DNA of 64,000 bases from an uncultured Pseudomonadales bacterium (lineage in GTDB: Bacteria; Patescibacteriota; Microgenomatia; UBA1400; UBA1396). Location of the stretch: contig CAZEEI010000001.1 in NCBI GenBank assembly GCA_964511175.1, positions 23,216 to 87,215 on the forward strand. Direction: 5' to 3'. The stretch's first letter is position 1. The number at the start of each line of letters is the position of its first letter. Below the pieces are notes generated by a model, which saw only the letters and a list, made by a program, of their open reading frames with translations, made no database searches and had not been told where the DNA came from. Positions 55,336 through 64,000 of this stretch are shown here, piece by piece. The translations under genes were made by a program, and so were the position numbers.

Positions 55336-56238
55336 ATGGGTAAAATGGTTATTTTTTATCAAGCCGATCACTGGCGCAATAATGCAGCGCCTGAGCTGAT
55401 AACAGAAATTACCTGGGAAGCCGGTTGGTATCCCAATGGGGAACAATATTTGCATCTTAATAATGCCAGCGCCAGCGCGGTCGACGATCTGACTATTTTA
55501 GCCGGATTCCACGACCACGAGCCGTTAGACCAACAATTGATGCGCCTGTGGTTGTTGTTGGAAGTAGCGCGGCGGACGGCGACGGGTCAATTGCGCTTAT
55601 TCATACCATATCTGCCTTACAGTCTGCAGGATCGAGATGTGCGAGGAGGCGACGCCGCCGCCGCGCCAGCAATCGGTAAAATTATTGCCGCTTTAGGTGT
55701 GGACCAAGTTAGCGTGATAGATGCGCATAGTCCAAGTACTGTAGCTAGTTGGTCAGTACCGGTACGCAACCTGGATAGTAATCCCTTACTGGCTGCGGCG
55801 GTTGGCACTCATTTAGCCGGACGTAATTTAGCCGTGGTAGCACCAGACAGCGGGGCCGCGGCGAAGGCTAAGGCCATGAGCAACCTTCTGAAGACACCTT
55901 TTTACCAGTTCAACAAAGTGCGCCGCGGCCCCGGCGACGTAACGATTGATGGCAGTCTGGCGGACTGCGTGGCCGACACGGTTCTATTAGTGGACGATCT
56001 AGTAAATACGGGCGGCACCCTGATTGAAACCGCCAGGATTGTGCACCAGCAATGCCCGTCGGCGCAAATAGTGGTGGTGGCGACCCATGCTTTACTAGCC
56101 AACCAAGCTTGGGAGAGGTTGCAGGCGGTTGGTATTGGACAAGCCTTTTTTACCAACTCGTATTTTTCAGCACCACTGCGAATGAGTAAGCAGACTAACT
56201 TGCCAATAGTTGATATCGGAAGTCTTTGGTTGAGCTAG
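55336..56238 (+). CDS. prs: Ribose-phosphate pyrophosphokinase (PRPP synthetase)-like
   Basis: LFIPYLPYSLQDRD (PY.GY.RQDR-like) and the PRTase motif VLLVDDLVNTGGTL. Confidence 0.7.
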   Translation: MGKMVIFYQADHWRNNAAPELITEITWEAGWYPNGEQYLHLNNASASAVDDLTILAGFHDHEPLDQQLMRLWLLLEVARRTATGQLRLFIPYLPYSLQDRDVRGGDAAAAPAIGKIIAALGVDQVSVIDAHSPSTVASWSVPVRNLDSNPLLAAAVGTHLAGRNLAVVAPDSGAAAKAKAMSNLLKTPFYQFNKVRRGPGDVTIDGSLADCVADTVLLVDDLVNTGGTLIETARIVHQQCPSAQIVVVATHALLANQAWERLQAVGIGQAFFTNSYFSAPLRMSKQTNLPIVDIGSLWLS

Positions 56239-56279
56239 AGATTTTCAGTAGGAATGTTTCAAAAACCCAAAAACCAGTA

Positions 56280-56362
56280 GTTGTACAACTATGATCTTGT
56301 GGAGCCTTTTCGGTTGAGGCTGGACTCGAGGTAAGTTGTACAACTGTTGGTTTTGGTCATTT
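56280..56362. repeat. Copy B of the ~85-bp repeat unit bounded by AGTTGTACAACT palindromes
   Basis: About 88% identical to 26263..26345. Sits in the convergent prs / HAD-gene intergenic region. Confidence 0.6.
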
Positions 56363-56375
56363 TGATATATGCTGT

Positions 56376-57020
56376 CTAATCTAGGTATGGCCACAAAGCC
56401 ATGAGGTTGCGTTCGTGAACACAATACTGCGCTAAAGAGGCCACCTCTTCCCGCCACGTAACACCGCCAAAATAAATGAAGCGATCGGCAATTAATCCGG
56501 CTTCATAGTCCGATATCCCATCACCAATTACGGCGGTGGGGCCGGGATTATTTTTTCTGATTTGAGTAACGATTTGTTGTTTGCCGAGATTACGCCAGAG
56601 AGGTATCGAACGGTCGAGCTCCCGGAATTTGCCGGATTCTGTGAAGAGTAGGTGATTGGCGAAAACATTTTCTCGGGGAATAGCTAAATAATCGGTCAGC
56701 GGATAAATACATTCAACATAGCCACCAGTTACCACAAAAATATTAGCCGAATGAACTCGTAAATGATGCAGTAGCCTTCTAGTACCTGGCGTCACATTCT
56801 GTTGATATAGTTGACCGATTATTTCTAATTCCGATTTGGTTGGTTGAAGCAAAGTTAAACGCTTAAGAAAAATTTTCTCCAGCAGTATTTTGCCGCTCAT
56901 AGCCTGATTAGTCAGCCGCTCAATCTGCGGACGCATTTTTTTCAATTCACCCAATTGGTCAATACCCTCAATGGTTGACAAAGTACTGTCTAGATCAAAA
57001 ACAACATTTGTAAACTTCAT
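56376..57020 (-). CDS. HAD-superfamily hydrolase (phosphoserine-phosphatase-like subfamily IB)
   Basis: VVFDLDSTL motif I. A later GDGISD motif. Confidence 0.6.
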   Translation of the reverse strand: MKFTNVVFDLDSTLSTIEGIDQLGELKKMRPQIERLTNQAMSGKILLEKIFLKRLTLLQPTKSELEIIGQLYQQNVTPGTRRLLHHLRVHSANIFVVTGGYVECIYPLTDYLAIPRENVFANHLLFTESGKFRELDRSIPLWRNLGKQQIVTQIRKNNPGPTAVIGDGISDYEAGLIADRFIYFGGVTWREEVASLAQYCVHERNLMALWPYLD

Positions 57021-57171
57021 AATTCCTTTCAAGATTGATTAAATGTCAAAAATACCGCCACCGGCGGAAAACTAAACAAGCAAACGAAATACCTCGTTCG
57101 CTCTAACGGGAGGAAGAGGAAAAGACTATCTGGAAGGCAAAAAAGGCCTTAATCATAACTGCATCATTCTA

Positions 57172-57486
57172 TCATACTTTCGATGGCTTAATTTTACTTT
57201 TAACAGCATAAGCAAATAATCGAATAATCGGCCGATTCTCCTTGGTGTAAATATCTCTGACTCCCAATGTCGCTTGACAATGCGGGCAGACTAAACATTC
57301 TTGGTTGTCGTCTAATAATTTAGGATTAACAATCCGATCAAGATACATTCTTTTTAAAGGTCCAGATCCATCTTTTTGATAATGGCAGACGGGTGTGTCA
57401 CAAGTAGCACAGTCAATTTGTAGTAAACGACTCCATCCACCCCGATTTTGACGATATTGGTCATTAATTAGTGGCATCAGCGTCAT
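57172..57486 (-). CDS. Small zinc-ribbon protein (hypothetical)
   Basis: CATCDTPVCH ... CLVCPHC are paired CxxC motifs. 104 aa. Confidence 0.35.
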   Translation of the reverse strand: MTLMPLINDQYRQNRGGWSRLLQIDCATCDTPVCHYQKDGSGPLKRMYLDRIVNPKLLDDNQECLVCPHCQATLGVRDIYTKENRPIIRLFAYAVKSKIKPSKV

Positions 57487-57512
57487 TATATACCTGCTAT
57501 TTTAAAGGGTGT

Positions 57513-57983
57513 TTATTTTGCAAAACTACCAATTATCGGATTAGACACCATTTGGAAATCCACATATTTCATGCGAATAGAAACAGAATGCGATCCAGCA
57601 CTAAAAAATATTTCTTTTTCATTTCCCAGCTTAGTATCCACATATAAAGGAATATTAAATAGGTTGCCAAAAGGGGGGACAGCCCCTATTTCCACTCCGC
57701 TAATTTTCTGCACCTCCTCAGGAATAGCCAGCGCCAAATTTTTAACTTTGATTAACTTTTTAATTTTTTGGAAATCGACTTTATCTTCGCCGGAAACAAC
57801 CACCATTAATGGTTTACCGTCGCCCAAGAGGATGAGAGCCTTAGTTCCCTGCGACAAACTTGCTCCAACCATTTTGGCGGCCTTGACAGAATTAAACACG
57901 GCCGGATGTTCAACCAGATTGTAGGCGACTCCTGTTTCCCGCAATAGGTCAATGATTTTTTCCGACAAAACTTTTTCTTTCAT
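57513..57983 (-). CDS. YbaK/ProX-family aminoacyl-tRNA deacylase
   Basis: KALILLGDGKPLMVVVSGEDKVD...VPPFG is typical of the YbaK/ProX editing domain. Confidence 0.7.
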   Translation of the reverse strand: MKEKVLSEKIIDLLRETGVAYNLVEHPAVFNSVKAAKMVGASLSQGTKALILLGDGKPLMVVVSGEDKVDFQKIKKLIKVKNLALAIPEEVQKISGVEIGAVPPFGNLFNIPLYVDTKLGNEKEIFFSAGSHSVSIRMKYVDFQMVSNPIIGSFAK

Positions 57984-59161
57984 TTATCACCATTCATTAC
58001 GAAGTAGCTATCACTAACCTGGCCTCGTTTTTTGGCAGAACCGTCAAAACGGTCAGCATTAAAGAAGGCGGCTAATTCCGGATAAGTAGAGCTGGTTTCC
58101 AAAATTGATTCGGCCAGTAGTTTACCCAAAACCGGGAAATGTTTATAACCGGTGCCGCTAAAACCGCTGGCAACGTAATAATTGGGTAGCTTGGTTTGGC
58201 CAACAATCGGGTAATAATCTGGAGTGATATCGATGCAGGAATCAAAGCCGCCCAGACTAATGGCATGGCTGAAGTCAGGTAGACGTTGGCTGATTTGTTC
58301 AAAATATTGCTTAATCATTGGCAAGCGGAAAAGTAATTCGCCGGCATTATGCGGCGCAATTTGCTGGTTTAAGTCCAGCGCCACGCTGCTGACATCCACA
58401 AATTCCGGATGGGGAATAAGATAAAACAAATTCACAAAATCAGCGATGGCGATTTGGGTGTTGCGCATTTGAAGCGGCAAACGGTAAAAGCAGTTAGTAA
58501 TGTTGATTACTTTGACCGGCAATTTCAGATCGAGAAACCGGTTAATCGTGTTGGTTGCCGCCGCTGTGGCGTTACATACCTTAATCGCTTCAATGGTGTC
58601 CTGTTCAGTAGCGACGATAAAACCAGCACCCCTGGTTCTAACATCGATAACTGGGCAATTTTCCCTAATTTCTACACCATGTTGACGACACTGATCAAGC
58701 AGATAACCGATAGTGCGCACCGGATTTAAATAGCCGGCCTGCGGATCGTAACCGGCGCAGGTGTTGGTGACGTTCAAGTCAGGATAAAGCGCTTTGATGG
58801 CCTGCTCTTCTAAGTATTGGGCCTCGATACCCAGTGATTGTAAAAGCTGCACGTTATCTTGCATGGCCTGGCTTTGGTCCAGGGAGTTGAGAACTAATAA
58901 TCCTTTGCGGACATACTGCAATCGGTTTTTTGACCGACCGAGGCGGCGTAAAGCTAAGTAACTTTCGTGGGCGGAAAAAGCCATTTCCTTAGCATTGTAA
59001 AAATGACGTACCAAGCCGCAACACTGACCAGTTTGGCCGGCGCCGGCGATTTGCTTTTCCAAAACTATGATGTGGTATTTGTCGCTAACCCTTTTAGCCA
59101 ACTCTAAGGCCGTAGCTAAACCGGTACTGCCGGCGCCGATAATAACGATGTTTTTTAACAT
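57980..59161 (-). CDS. FAD-dependent oxidoreductase (DAO family)
   Basis: IVIIGAGSTGLATALELAK is a Rossmann GxGxxG FAD motif. About 390 aa. Confidence 0.7.
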   Translation of the reverse strand: MLKNIVIIGAGSTGLATALELAKRVSDKYHIIVLEKQIAGAGQTGQCCGLVRHFYNAKEMAFSAHESYLALRRLGRSKNRLQYVRKGLLVLNSLDQSQAMQDNVQLLQSLGIEAQYLEEQAIKALYPDLNVTNTCAGYDPQAGYLNPVRTIGYLLDQCRQHGVEIRENCPVIDVRTRGAGFIVATEQDTIEAIKVCNATAAATNTINRFLDLKLPVKVINITNCFYRLPLQMRNTQIAIADFVNLFYLIPHPEFVDVSSVALDLNQQIAPHNAGELLFRLPMIKQYFEQISQRLPDFSHAISLGGFDSCIDITPDYYPIVGQTKLPNYYVASGFSGTGYKHFPVLGKLLAESILETSSTYPELAAFFNADRFDGSAKKRGQVSDSYFVMNGDK

Positions 59162-59181
59162 AATTGTCCTTTTCAAATTAA

Positions 59182-59204
59182 AAGCCCCCTGGGAGAGGGG
59201 GCTT
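59182..59204 (-). terminator. Rho-independent terminator (AGCCCCCT-GGGAG-AGGGGGCT) downstream of the 59334..60362 gene
   Basis: GC-rich 8-bp stem flanked by T-runs on both strands. Confidence 0.6.
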
Positions 59205-59333
59205 AGTTTTAGTTAATTGATTTTTTTATGCCACCGCTCCTCTTTTGCCACCAATAATGTATCGCCAAGCTGCCAAAAGCGGTGAATTAGAGATAAGTAT
59301 TTGGCAAAACTGGTTTTTCATATTAGTCGGTTT

Positions 59334-60362
59334 CTAGATACTGGCAAACAGGGGAATAACTTGATTAAGGGTATCAATGTGCAAGTTGCCCAGGACGTTG
59401 TTCATCAGAGTGGCATGCCGTTTAACCGGTTTTTCTGTGTTATTAGTTAGAGTCAAGGCAAAGCCTTTTTGTGCCCGGGCGGGTCGGGTAATACGACTAC
59501 GAAATCCCTGTCGCGTAAAGACGCGAGCCAGATTAGGCGCATTAAACCAAGTCGATAAAAATACCGCTTGATCACGACGACTTGTATTGCGTGGTTCTTT
59601 ACTAATTAAAACGCGCATACCAATCAGATCAGGATGTTTTTGTGCATAGCTTTTGAGAGTAGCGCGAATAGCATTTAAATTATGGCGGTGCTGGCTACTA
59701 TCATAATCCACTACCGGAGTACCTTCGCTAAAAGTGCCGTTAGCAAAGAAAAGAGGTATGATTTGCGTCTGATGACCCAGAATTTCACTCATACCACCAG
59801 CATATTCGTCCAATCCCGCCTCTTCACCCGTGGTTTCTCGATCAATCTTCATTAGACAAGTTAAATCATATAATCCTAAGGTGACCGATCCGGCTTGTTC
59901 ATTAGGAGACAACGGTACTTGCTCCAGCGAACCAACAATACATTGGTGGTTCTTAATAATACCTTTTTGTTGGAGCAATCCCAGATTGCGACGAGCGGCT
60001 TGGATAAATTGGGGAGCAATATCAATAGCTGTTACTTTATCGATTAAAATATTTTTACCGAGTAAGCTCTCTGCTTCACCCAGCGCGGTGATTTCGCGTT
60101 TAGCCGTTGCCGATCCTAAAAAGACCAAATCTAAATTGTTACCCACTTGTTGGTAAGTTTTGGCCAATTCCTGAGCAACCAAACTAATCTCTTCTTGTTC
60201 AAAAAGACCAACCGAAGAAGGGGCACCCTCGATAGCTGTCACTGGCACGTCGCTCCACATTCGGACAATGCTTTCTGCCAACAGTCCTAGAGCAGTTGTG
60301 GATTGGGCTTGGTTCTTAATTTCCGAGCTGGGTTTTGTCTTTAAAGCGTCAGGTTTAGTCAT
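59334..60362 (-). CDS. Putative SAM-dependent methyltransferase, EgtD/Methyltransf_33-like (tentative)
   Basis: DLVFLGSATAKREITAL resembles the EgtD LVELGSGTSEKTR motif. Start ATG 60362 after a GGAG RBS. Confidence 0.35.
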   Translation of the reverse strand: MTKPDALKTKPSSEIKNQAQSTTALGLLAESIVRMWSDVPVTAIEGAPSSVGLFEQEEISLVAQELAKTYQQVGNNLDLVFLGSATAKREITALGEAESLLGKNILIDKVTAIDIAPQFIQAARRNLGLLQQKGIIKNHQCIVGSLEQVPLSPNEQAGSVTLGLYDLTCLMKIDRETTGEEAGLDEYAGGMSEILGHQTQIIPLFFANGTFSEGTPVVDYDSSQHRHNLNAIRATLKSYAQKHPDLIGMRVLISKEPRNTSRRDQAVFLSTWFNAPNLARVFTRQGFRSRITRPARAQKGFALTLTNNTEKPVKRHATLMNNVLGNLHIDTLNQVIPLFASI

Positions 60363-60504
60363 TTTTCTCCTCAGTGTAGCTATTCTGCATAGACTAATTC
60401 TATTCAAACTATCTGTTTTTACCACATCAATCAACTCTCGTCAATAAGTAGGTTAATCTCGTCTAAGAAGAGTGATACAATAAAAGCAATTGTCGAACCA
60501 ATCG

Positions 60505-60715
60505 GTGACAGGTTGGTTACACGAATTCCTAGTTCGTGGTTCCGTAGGGAGGGCAGGTGAGGAACCGGTAAGCTAACTCATCCGGCTGGTTGGTCGTTAC
60601 GCAACTTAATGAGCTTGGCCTTAGCCAAGAAAAGTCAGGTGGTACCACGGTTTGTCCGCCGTCCTGGCAAGCACTAGCAAAGTAGTGTTTGCGGGGACGG
60701 TTTTTAAAGTTAGGA
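60505..60715 (+). promoter_or_regulatory. T-box-like leader upstream of the tRNA-binding protein and proS
   Basis: AGGTGGTACCACGG (60637-60650) matches the T-box consensus AGGGUGGUACCGCGG. It overlaps a long hairpin plus TTTTT (60654-60705) that could act as terminator or antiterminator. A Stem-I-like GGTTCC...GGAACC hairpin lies upstream. Confidence 0.45.
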
Positions 60716-60724
60716 GAGGGTGCT

Positions 60725-61060
60725 ATGGCCACATATGATGATTTTGCTAAACTCGATATTCGAGTGGGAAGGGTGATTGCTGTCGAAGATTTTCCACAGG
60801 CGCGTAAACCAGCTTATAAACTCACAATCGATTTTGGTCCCGAAATTGGTCAGAAACGTTCGAGTGTCCAAATAACTAAGCACTATCGGCAAGAGGAACT
60901 AATCGGTAAACAGGTTTTAGGAGTGGTAAATTTTCCACCGCGCCAAATCGGTTCTTTTCTATCCGAAGTCTTAACACTCGGCGCGCCCGATATCGACGGA
61001 GCTTGTATTTTAATTAGGCCGGATAAAGAAGAGGCGACAATTGGGGGGAAACTGTTTTAA
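60725..61060 (+). CDS. tRNA-binding protein (CsaA/Trbp111-like OB-fold)
   Basis: FAKLDIRVGRVIAVEDFPQARKPAYKLTIDFG is typical of the MetRS-C/EMAP-like tRNA-binding domain. Confidence 0.65.
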   Translation: MATYDDFAKLDIRVGRVIAVEDFPQARKPAYKLTIDFGPEIGQKRSSVQITKHYRQEELIGKQVLGVVNFPPRQIGSFLSEVLTLGAPDIDGACILIRPDKEEATIGGKLF

Positions 61061-61072
61061 GATAAGGAAGTT

Positions 61073-62509
61073 ATGATTGATTCGGCCAACGCTCGTCTCA
61101 AAAAAAAATCGGAAAACATGTCGGAGTGGTATACCGATGTTATTTTGCGCGCCCAGTTGGCCGACTATGCCCCGGTCAAGGGTTGTATGGTGTTGCGTCC
61201 TTATGGTTACGCTCTCTGGGAAAATATTCAAAAGGAGTTGGATCCCAAACTTAAGCAACTCGGTTGCCAAAATGCCTATTTTCCGTTGTTTATTCCTCAG
61301 TCACTGCTGCAGCGCGAAAGCGAACACGTGGAAGGTTTTGCCCCGGAAGTAGCGGTGGTGACCCATGCTGGCGGGAAACAACTTGAGGAGCCACTGATTG
61401 TTCGGCCGACTTCGGAAACCATCATGTATGAGATGTACCATAAATGGATTCAGTCTTATCGGGATTTGCCATTGGCTCTTAATCAATGGAATAACGTCGT
61501 GCGCTGGGAAAAGCGAACTTACTTTTTCCTGCGAACCACTGAATTTCTCTGGCAAGAAGCGCACACGGCCCATGCCACTCACGCTGAAGCACAGAAAATG
61601 GTTCTGGATGGTTTGCACGCCTACGCCGAATTAGCGGAAAACTTTTTAGCCATGCCAGTAGTTAAAGGTGTCAAAAGCGAATCAGAGAAGTTTGCCGGTG
61701 CCTTCCAGACCACCACCATTGAAGCAATGATGCCAGACGGTAAGGCGCTGCAAAGTGGCACCAGCCATGATTTGGGTCAAAACTTTGCGCAGGCTTTTAA
61801 CATTACCTTCCAGGATCAAAACGGTGACAATCAATTTGTCTGGCAGACTAGTTTTGGTTTGTCTACCCGTATTTTGGGTGGTCTGATCATGACCCATGGC
61901 GACGATAAAGGCTTGGTTTTTCCGCCTAAGGTAGCGCCAATTCAAGTCATGATTTTACCGGTGCGCACCGATGATTACCGCTTAGTAGAATTTGCCCATT
62001 TGCTGGAAGCTCGTTTACTCAAGCGGGGGGTCCGGGCAGCCGTGGATGAGCGGAATAAACTTTCCTTAGGTTACCGGATTAATGATGCCGAACTTAAGGG
62101 TATTCCGCTGCGTTTGGAAGTCGGTCCGCGTGAATTAGCCGCCGCCGAAGTCCAGTTGGCCGTTCGTCACTTGGGCGAAAAGAGGGGATTATCGGTAGAG
62201 CATTTCGAAGAAGGAGCACAAAAACTATTAACTTGGATTCAGGAAGATATGCTGGCGCGGGCTAAACAAAGAATGCAGGACAATACCCATGATGCCCATT
62301 CGCAAGCCGAATTTGAAGAAATTATGCGCACCACTCGCGGTTTTATTCGGGCCTATTGGGACGAAACAGCCGTTACGGAAGCCAAGATTAAGGAGCTCAC
62401 TAAGGCTACCACGCGCTGTGTGCCGCTAGATGAGCCGGAGAGTGAGGGGACTGATATTTTCTCCGGTCAACCGGCCAAAAGACGCTGGTTGTTTGCGCAA
62501 GCCTACTAA
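61073..62509 (+). CDS. proS: Prolyl-tRNA synthetase, archaeal/eukaryotic-like type
   Basis: SEWYTDVILRAQLADY...VRPTSETIMYEMYHKWIQSYRDLP...FQTSFGLSTR are class II ProRS motifs. C-terminal zinc-binding-like domain. Confidence 0.9.
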   Translation: MIDSANARLKKKSENMSEWYTDVILRAQLADYAPVKGCMVLRPYGYALWENIQKELDPKLKQLGCQNAYFPLFIPQSLLQRESEHVEGFAPEVAVVTHAGGKQLEEPLIVRPTSETIMYEMYHKWIQSYRDLPLALNQWNNVVRWEKRTYFFLRTTEFLWQEAHTAHATHAEAQKMVLDGLHAYAELAENFLAMPVVKGVKSESEKFAGAFQTTTIEAMMPDGKALQSGTSHDLGQNFAQAFNITFQDQNGDNQFVWQTSFGLSTRILGGLIMTHGDDKGLVFPPKVAPIQVMILPVRTDDYRLVEFAHLLEARLLKRGVRAAVDERNKLSLGYRINDAELKGIPLRLEVGPRELAAAEVQLAVRHLGEKRGLSVEHFEEGAQKLLTWIQEDMLARAKQRMQDNTHDAHSQAEFEEIMRTTRGFIRAYWDETAVTEAKIKELTKATTRCVPLDEPESEGTDIFSGQPAKRRWLFAQAY

Positions 62510-62553
62510 AGTTGTGATTGACCAATACACATATTTGTGTGTACAATTCGGCC

Positions 62554-62859
62554 ATGAATATTAATGCGGCTCGTCAAATACAGTATTGGCAGGATTTATC
62601 GGCCGGTTTGTTGTTGGGTAAGGTTAAGGCAGATCGACGTCTCCAAGTGAAGATGCCTAGCCAAGTGGTGGTCCAACTGGACGCCTTGTTTCCTGATGTT
62701 GACCGTAGTTTTGTCTTAACCCAGCTGGCGGTTAATGCCATTGCTCAGGAATTAAAATTTCACGACAGGGAGGCGTTGCGTTCTTTGGCTAGTGCCGAAC
62801 AGAGTGGTTTAGATGACATGTTGGTTTATCTGGAGAAAAGGGATGCCGAGTCAGACTAA
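62554..62859 (+). CDS. Putative antitoxin partnered with the downstream PemK/MazF toxin
   Basis: Small acidic protein immediately upstream of, and overlapping, the toxin gene. Confidence 0.35.
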   Translation: MNINAARQIQYWQDLSAGLLLGKVKADRRLQVKMPSQVVVQLDALFPDVDRSFVLTQLAVNAIAQELKFHDREALRSLASAEQSGLDDMLVYLEKRDAESD

Positions 62860-63196
62860 CCCTGTTTTGCCGAAGGCAGGCGATATTTTTCTCGTTAAGT
62901 TTCATCCGGGGTATGGAACGGAGTTGCGCAAGTACCGGCCGGCAGTGATTGTTTCGGATCGAGTTACCTTGGCCGACCAGCGCTTTGCCCTCATCGCTCC
63001 TTTAACCACCAGTACTAAAATTTTTCATCCTCGGACAGAATTAACCATTAAGCGCAATCCTGCTTTAGAAAAAGATTCGGTTTTATTATGCTGGTATTTA
63101 TGGACAATTGATGTTGATCGATTGGTAAGAAAATTAGGTAGTTTAAGTTTGACCGATCAACATAAGATGACTGAGATGCTACGCGATTTATTTTAG
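62843..63196 (+). CDS. PemK/MazF-family toxin
   Basis: PKAGDIFLVKFHPGYGTELRKYRPAVIVS is the MazF/PemK signature. Confidence 0.65.
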   Translation: MPSQTNPVLPKAGDIFLVKFHPGYGTELRKYRPAVIVSDRVTLADQRFALIAPLTTSTKIFHPRTELTIKRNPALEKDSVLLCWYLWTIDVDRLVRKLGSLSLTDQHKMTEMLRDLF

Positions 63197-63401
63197 GATA
63201 CCGTCCTAGAACAAATAATTTTGTCCAGGCTAAAATTAGTTATACGCCGTAAGATGGGCTTTTTTACCGCGTATACAACCCGAAGAAAAATGCTACTATA
63301 CATCTTAGTCCAACCCGGTGAGGGGAGAAGTATCACCACTCGCAAGAGATGGTGATACTTTGTTTTAATAGTCTTATTATTATGAGTCGGCGGTCGCCTT
63401 T

Positions 63402-64000
63402 ATGACCAAGGATCAGCGCCAATTTTTTCCCGATTTTCTCCGAACCCTGGCCATTATTGGCGTAGTAGCGATTCATGCTGACACCATCACTAGTTCTTTT
63501 ACCAATTATGTCGGCGGCATCTCTTGGTGGTTGGTCAATATAGTGGTGTCTTTTTCCCGGGCAGCCGTACCCCTGTTTATCATGTTAAGCGGTTACCTAC
63601 TTTTGTCGCGAGATCGCGATTATTCGTCAGCCGAAATTCGCCACAAAGTAGGGCACCGGATTGGCATACCGCTGATTTTTTGGACAGGAGTCTTTTATTT
63701 TTGGGAAGTTTTTTGGCGGAAAGGCAAGCTAGAGTGGCTATCGGTTGGCCGGCAAATTCTTTCCGGTAATATTTTTCACCTTTATTTTTTAGTAATCATG
63801 ATCGGTTTATATTTAGCCACTCCTTATTTACGTCGCCAGATCAGTAAAATCAGTATGCGACAGCTGTGGGTCATTATTGTGGTGATTTTTAGTGTTGATT
63901 TTCTGGGGGAATTAACCAGTTATTTATTTTTTAATACTTCTTTAGCCACCGGGGCCATTTTTTACTTTCTGCCTTATACGGCCTATTTTTTAAGCGGTTA
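63402..64000 (+). CDS. Partial acyltransferase-3 (OatA-like) family membrane protein; 3' end beyond the window
   Basis: Open frame from ATG 63402 with no stop before the window end (FFPDFLRTLAIIGVVAIHAD...). Polytopic. Confidence 0.55.
   Translation, partial: MTKDQRQFFPDFLRTLAIIGVVAIHADTITSSFTNYVGGISWWLVNIVVSFSRAAVPLFIMLSGYLLLSRDRDYSSAEIRHKVGHRIGIPLIFWTGVFYFWEVFWRKGKLEWLSVGRQILSGNIFHLYFLVIMIGLYLATPYLRRQISKISMRQLWVIIVVIFSVDFLGELTSYLFFNTSLATGAIFYFLPYTAYFLSG

Noticed and set aside
60440-60535. Possible tRNA-like sequence with a GGTTCGA T-loop-like motif upstream of the T-box region
   Set aside because: No acceptor-stem pairing or full cloverleaf could be built by eye.
1-64000. CRISPR arrays, rRNA genes, complete prophage or transposase genes
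   Set aside because: No regularly spaced short direct repeats with unique spacers, no rRNA-like conserved stretches, and no transposase or integrase catalytic domains were seen anywhere in the window.

Overview
This 64 kb window reads as a chromosomal segment of a small-genome bacterium (about 50% GC). TGA is used as a stop codon. The lineage looks CPR/Patescibacteria-like, inferred from a short EF-Ts, an archaeal-type ProRS, ribosomal proteins with terminal extensions, and the ComEA/ComEC/DprA competence genes. Most of the window is housekeeping: leuS; comEA-comEC; an M16 peptidase with ndk; the secE-nusG-rplK-rplA-rplJ-rplL cluster; galU; metK preceded by a SAM-I-like riboswitch; fmt-def; an mreB-like/mreC/mreD/PBP2 block; dprA-topA-dcd-dut-tmk-nfo; folD-pyrH-rpsB-tsf-frr-rseP-prs; and a T-box-like leader in front of a tRNA-binding protein and proS. 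Three tRNAs are present: Pro-CGG, Arg-CCT and Thr-GGT. Accessory material is scattered between these blocks. There are three type II toxin-antitoxin pairs, one of them inserted between rplA and rplJ. Two unknown paralogs sit between nusG and rplK. A 4-gene tandem paralog family (one copy frameshifted) lies between nfo and folD. An islet of hypothetical genes is bracketed by tRNA-Pro and tRNA-Arg. There are two MreB-like proteins with eroded ATP-binding motifs, and ComEC is split across two overlapping reading frames. At the DNA level there are two non-coding motif families. The first is the palindrome TTGTACAA, found as triplets with exact 22-bp phasing and inside a ~85-bp repeat unit present twice. 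The second is a GC-rich ~23-35 bp palindromic repeat (CACGCCTGGAGGGTG-NN-ACCCT) present at least 4 times, mostly inside coding sequences of unrelated genes; this could be a DNA-uptake-sequence-like or other dispersed signal. No CRISPR array, rRNA or large mobile element was seen. All calls come from reading the six-frame track and raw sequence; none was checked against a database.
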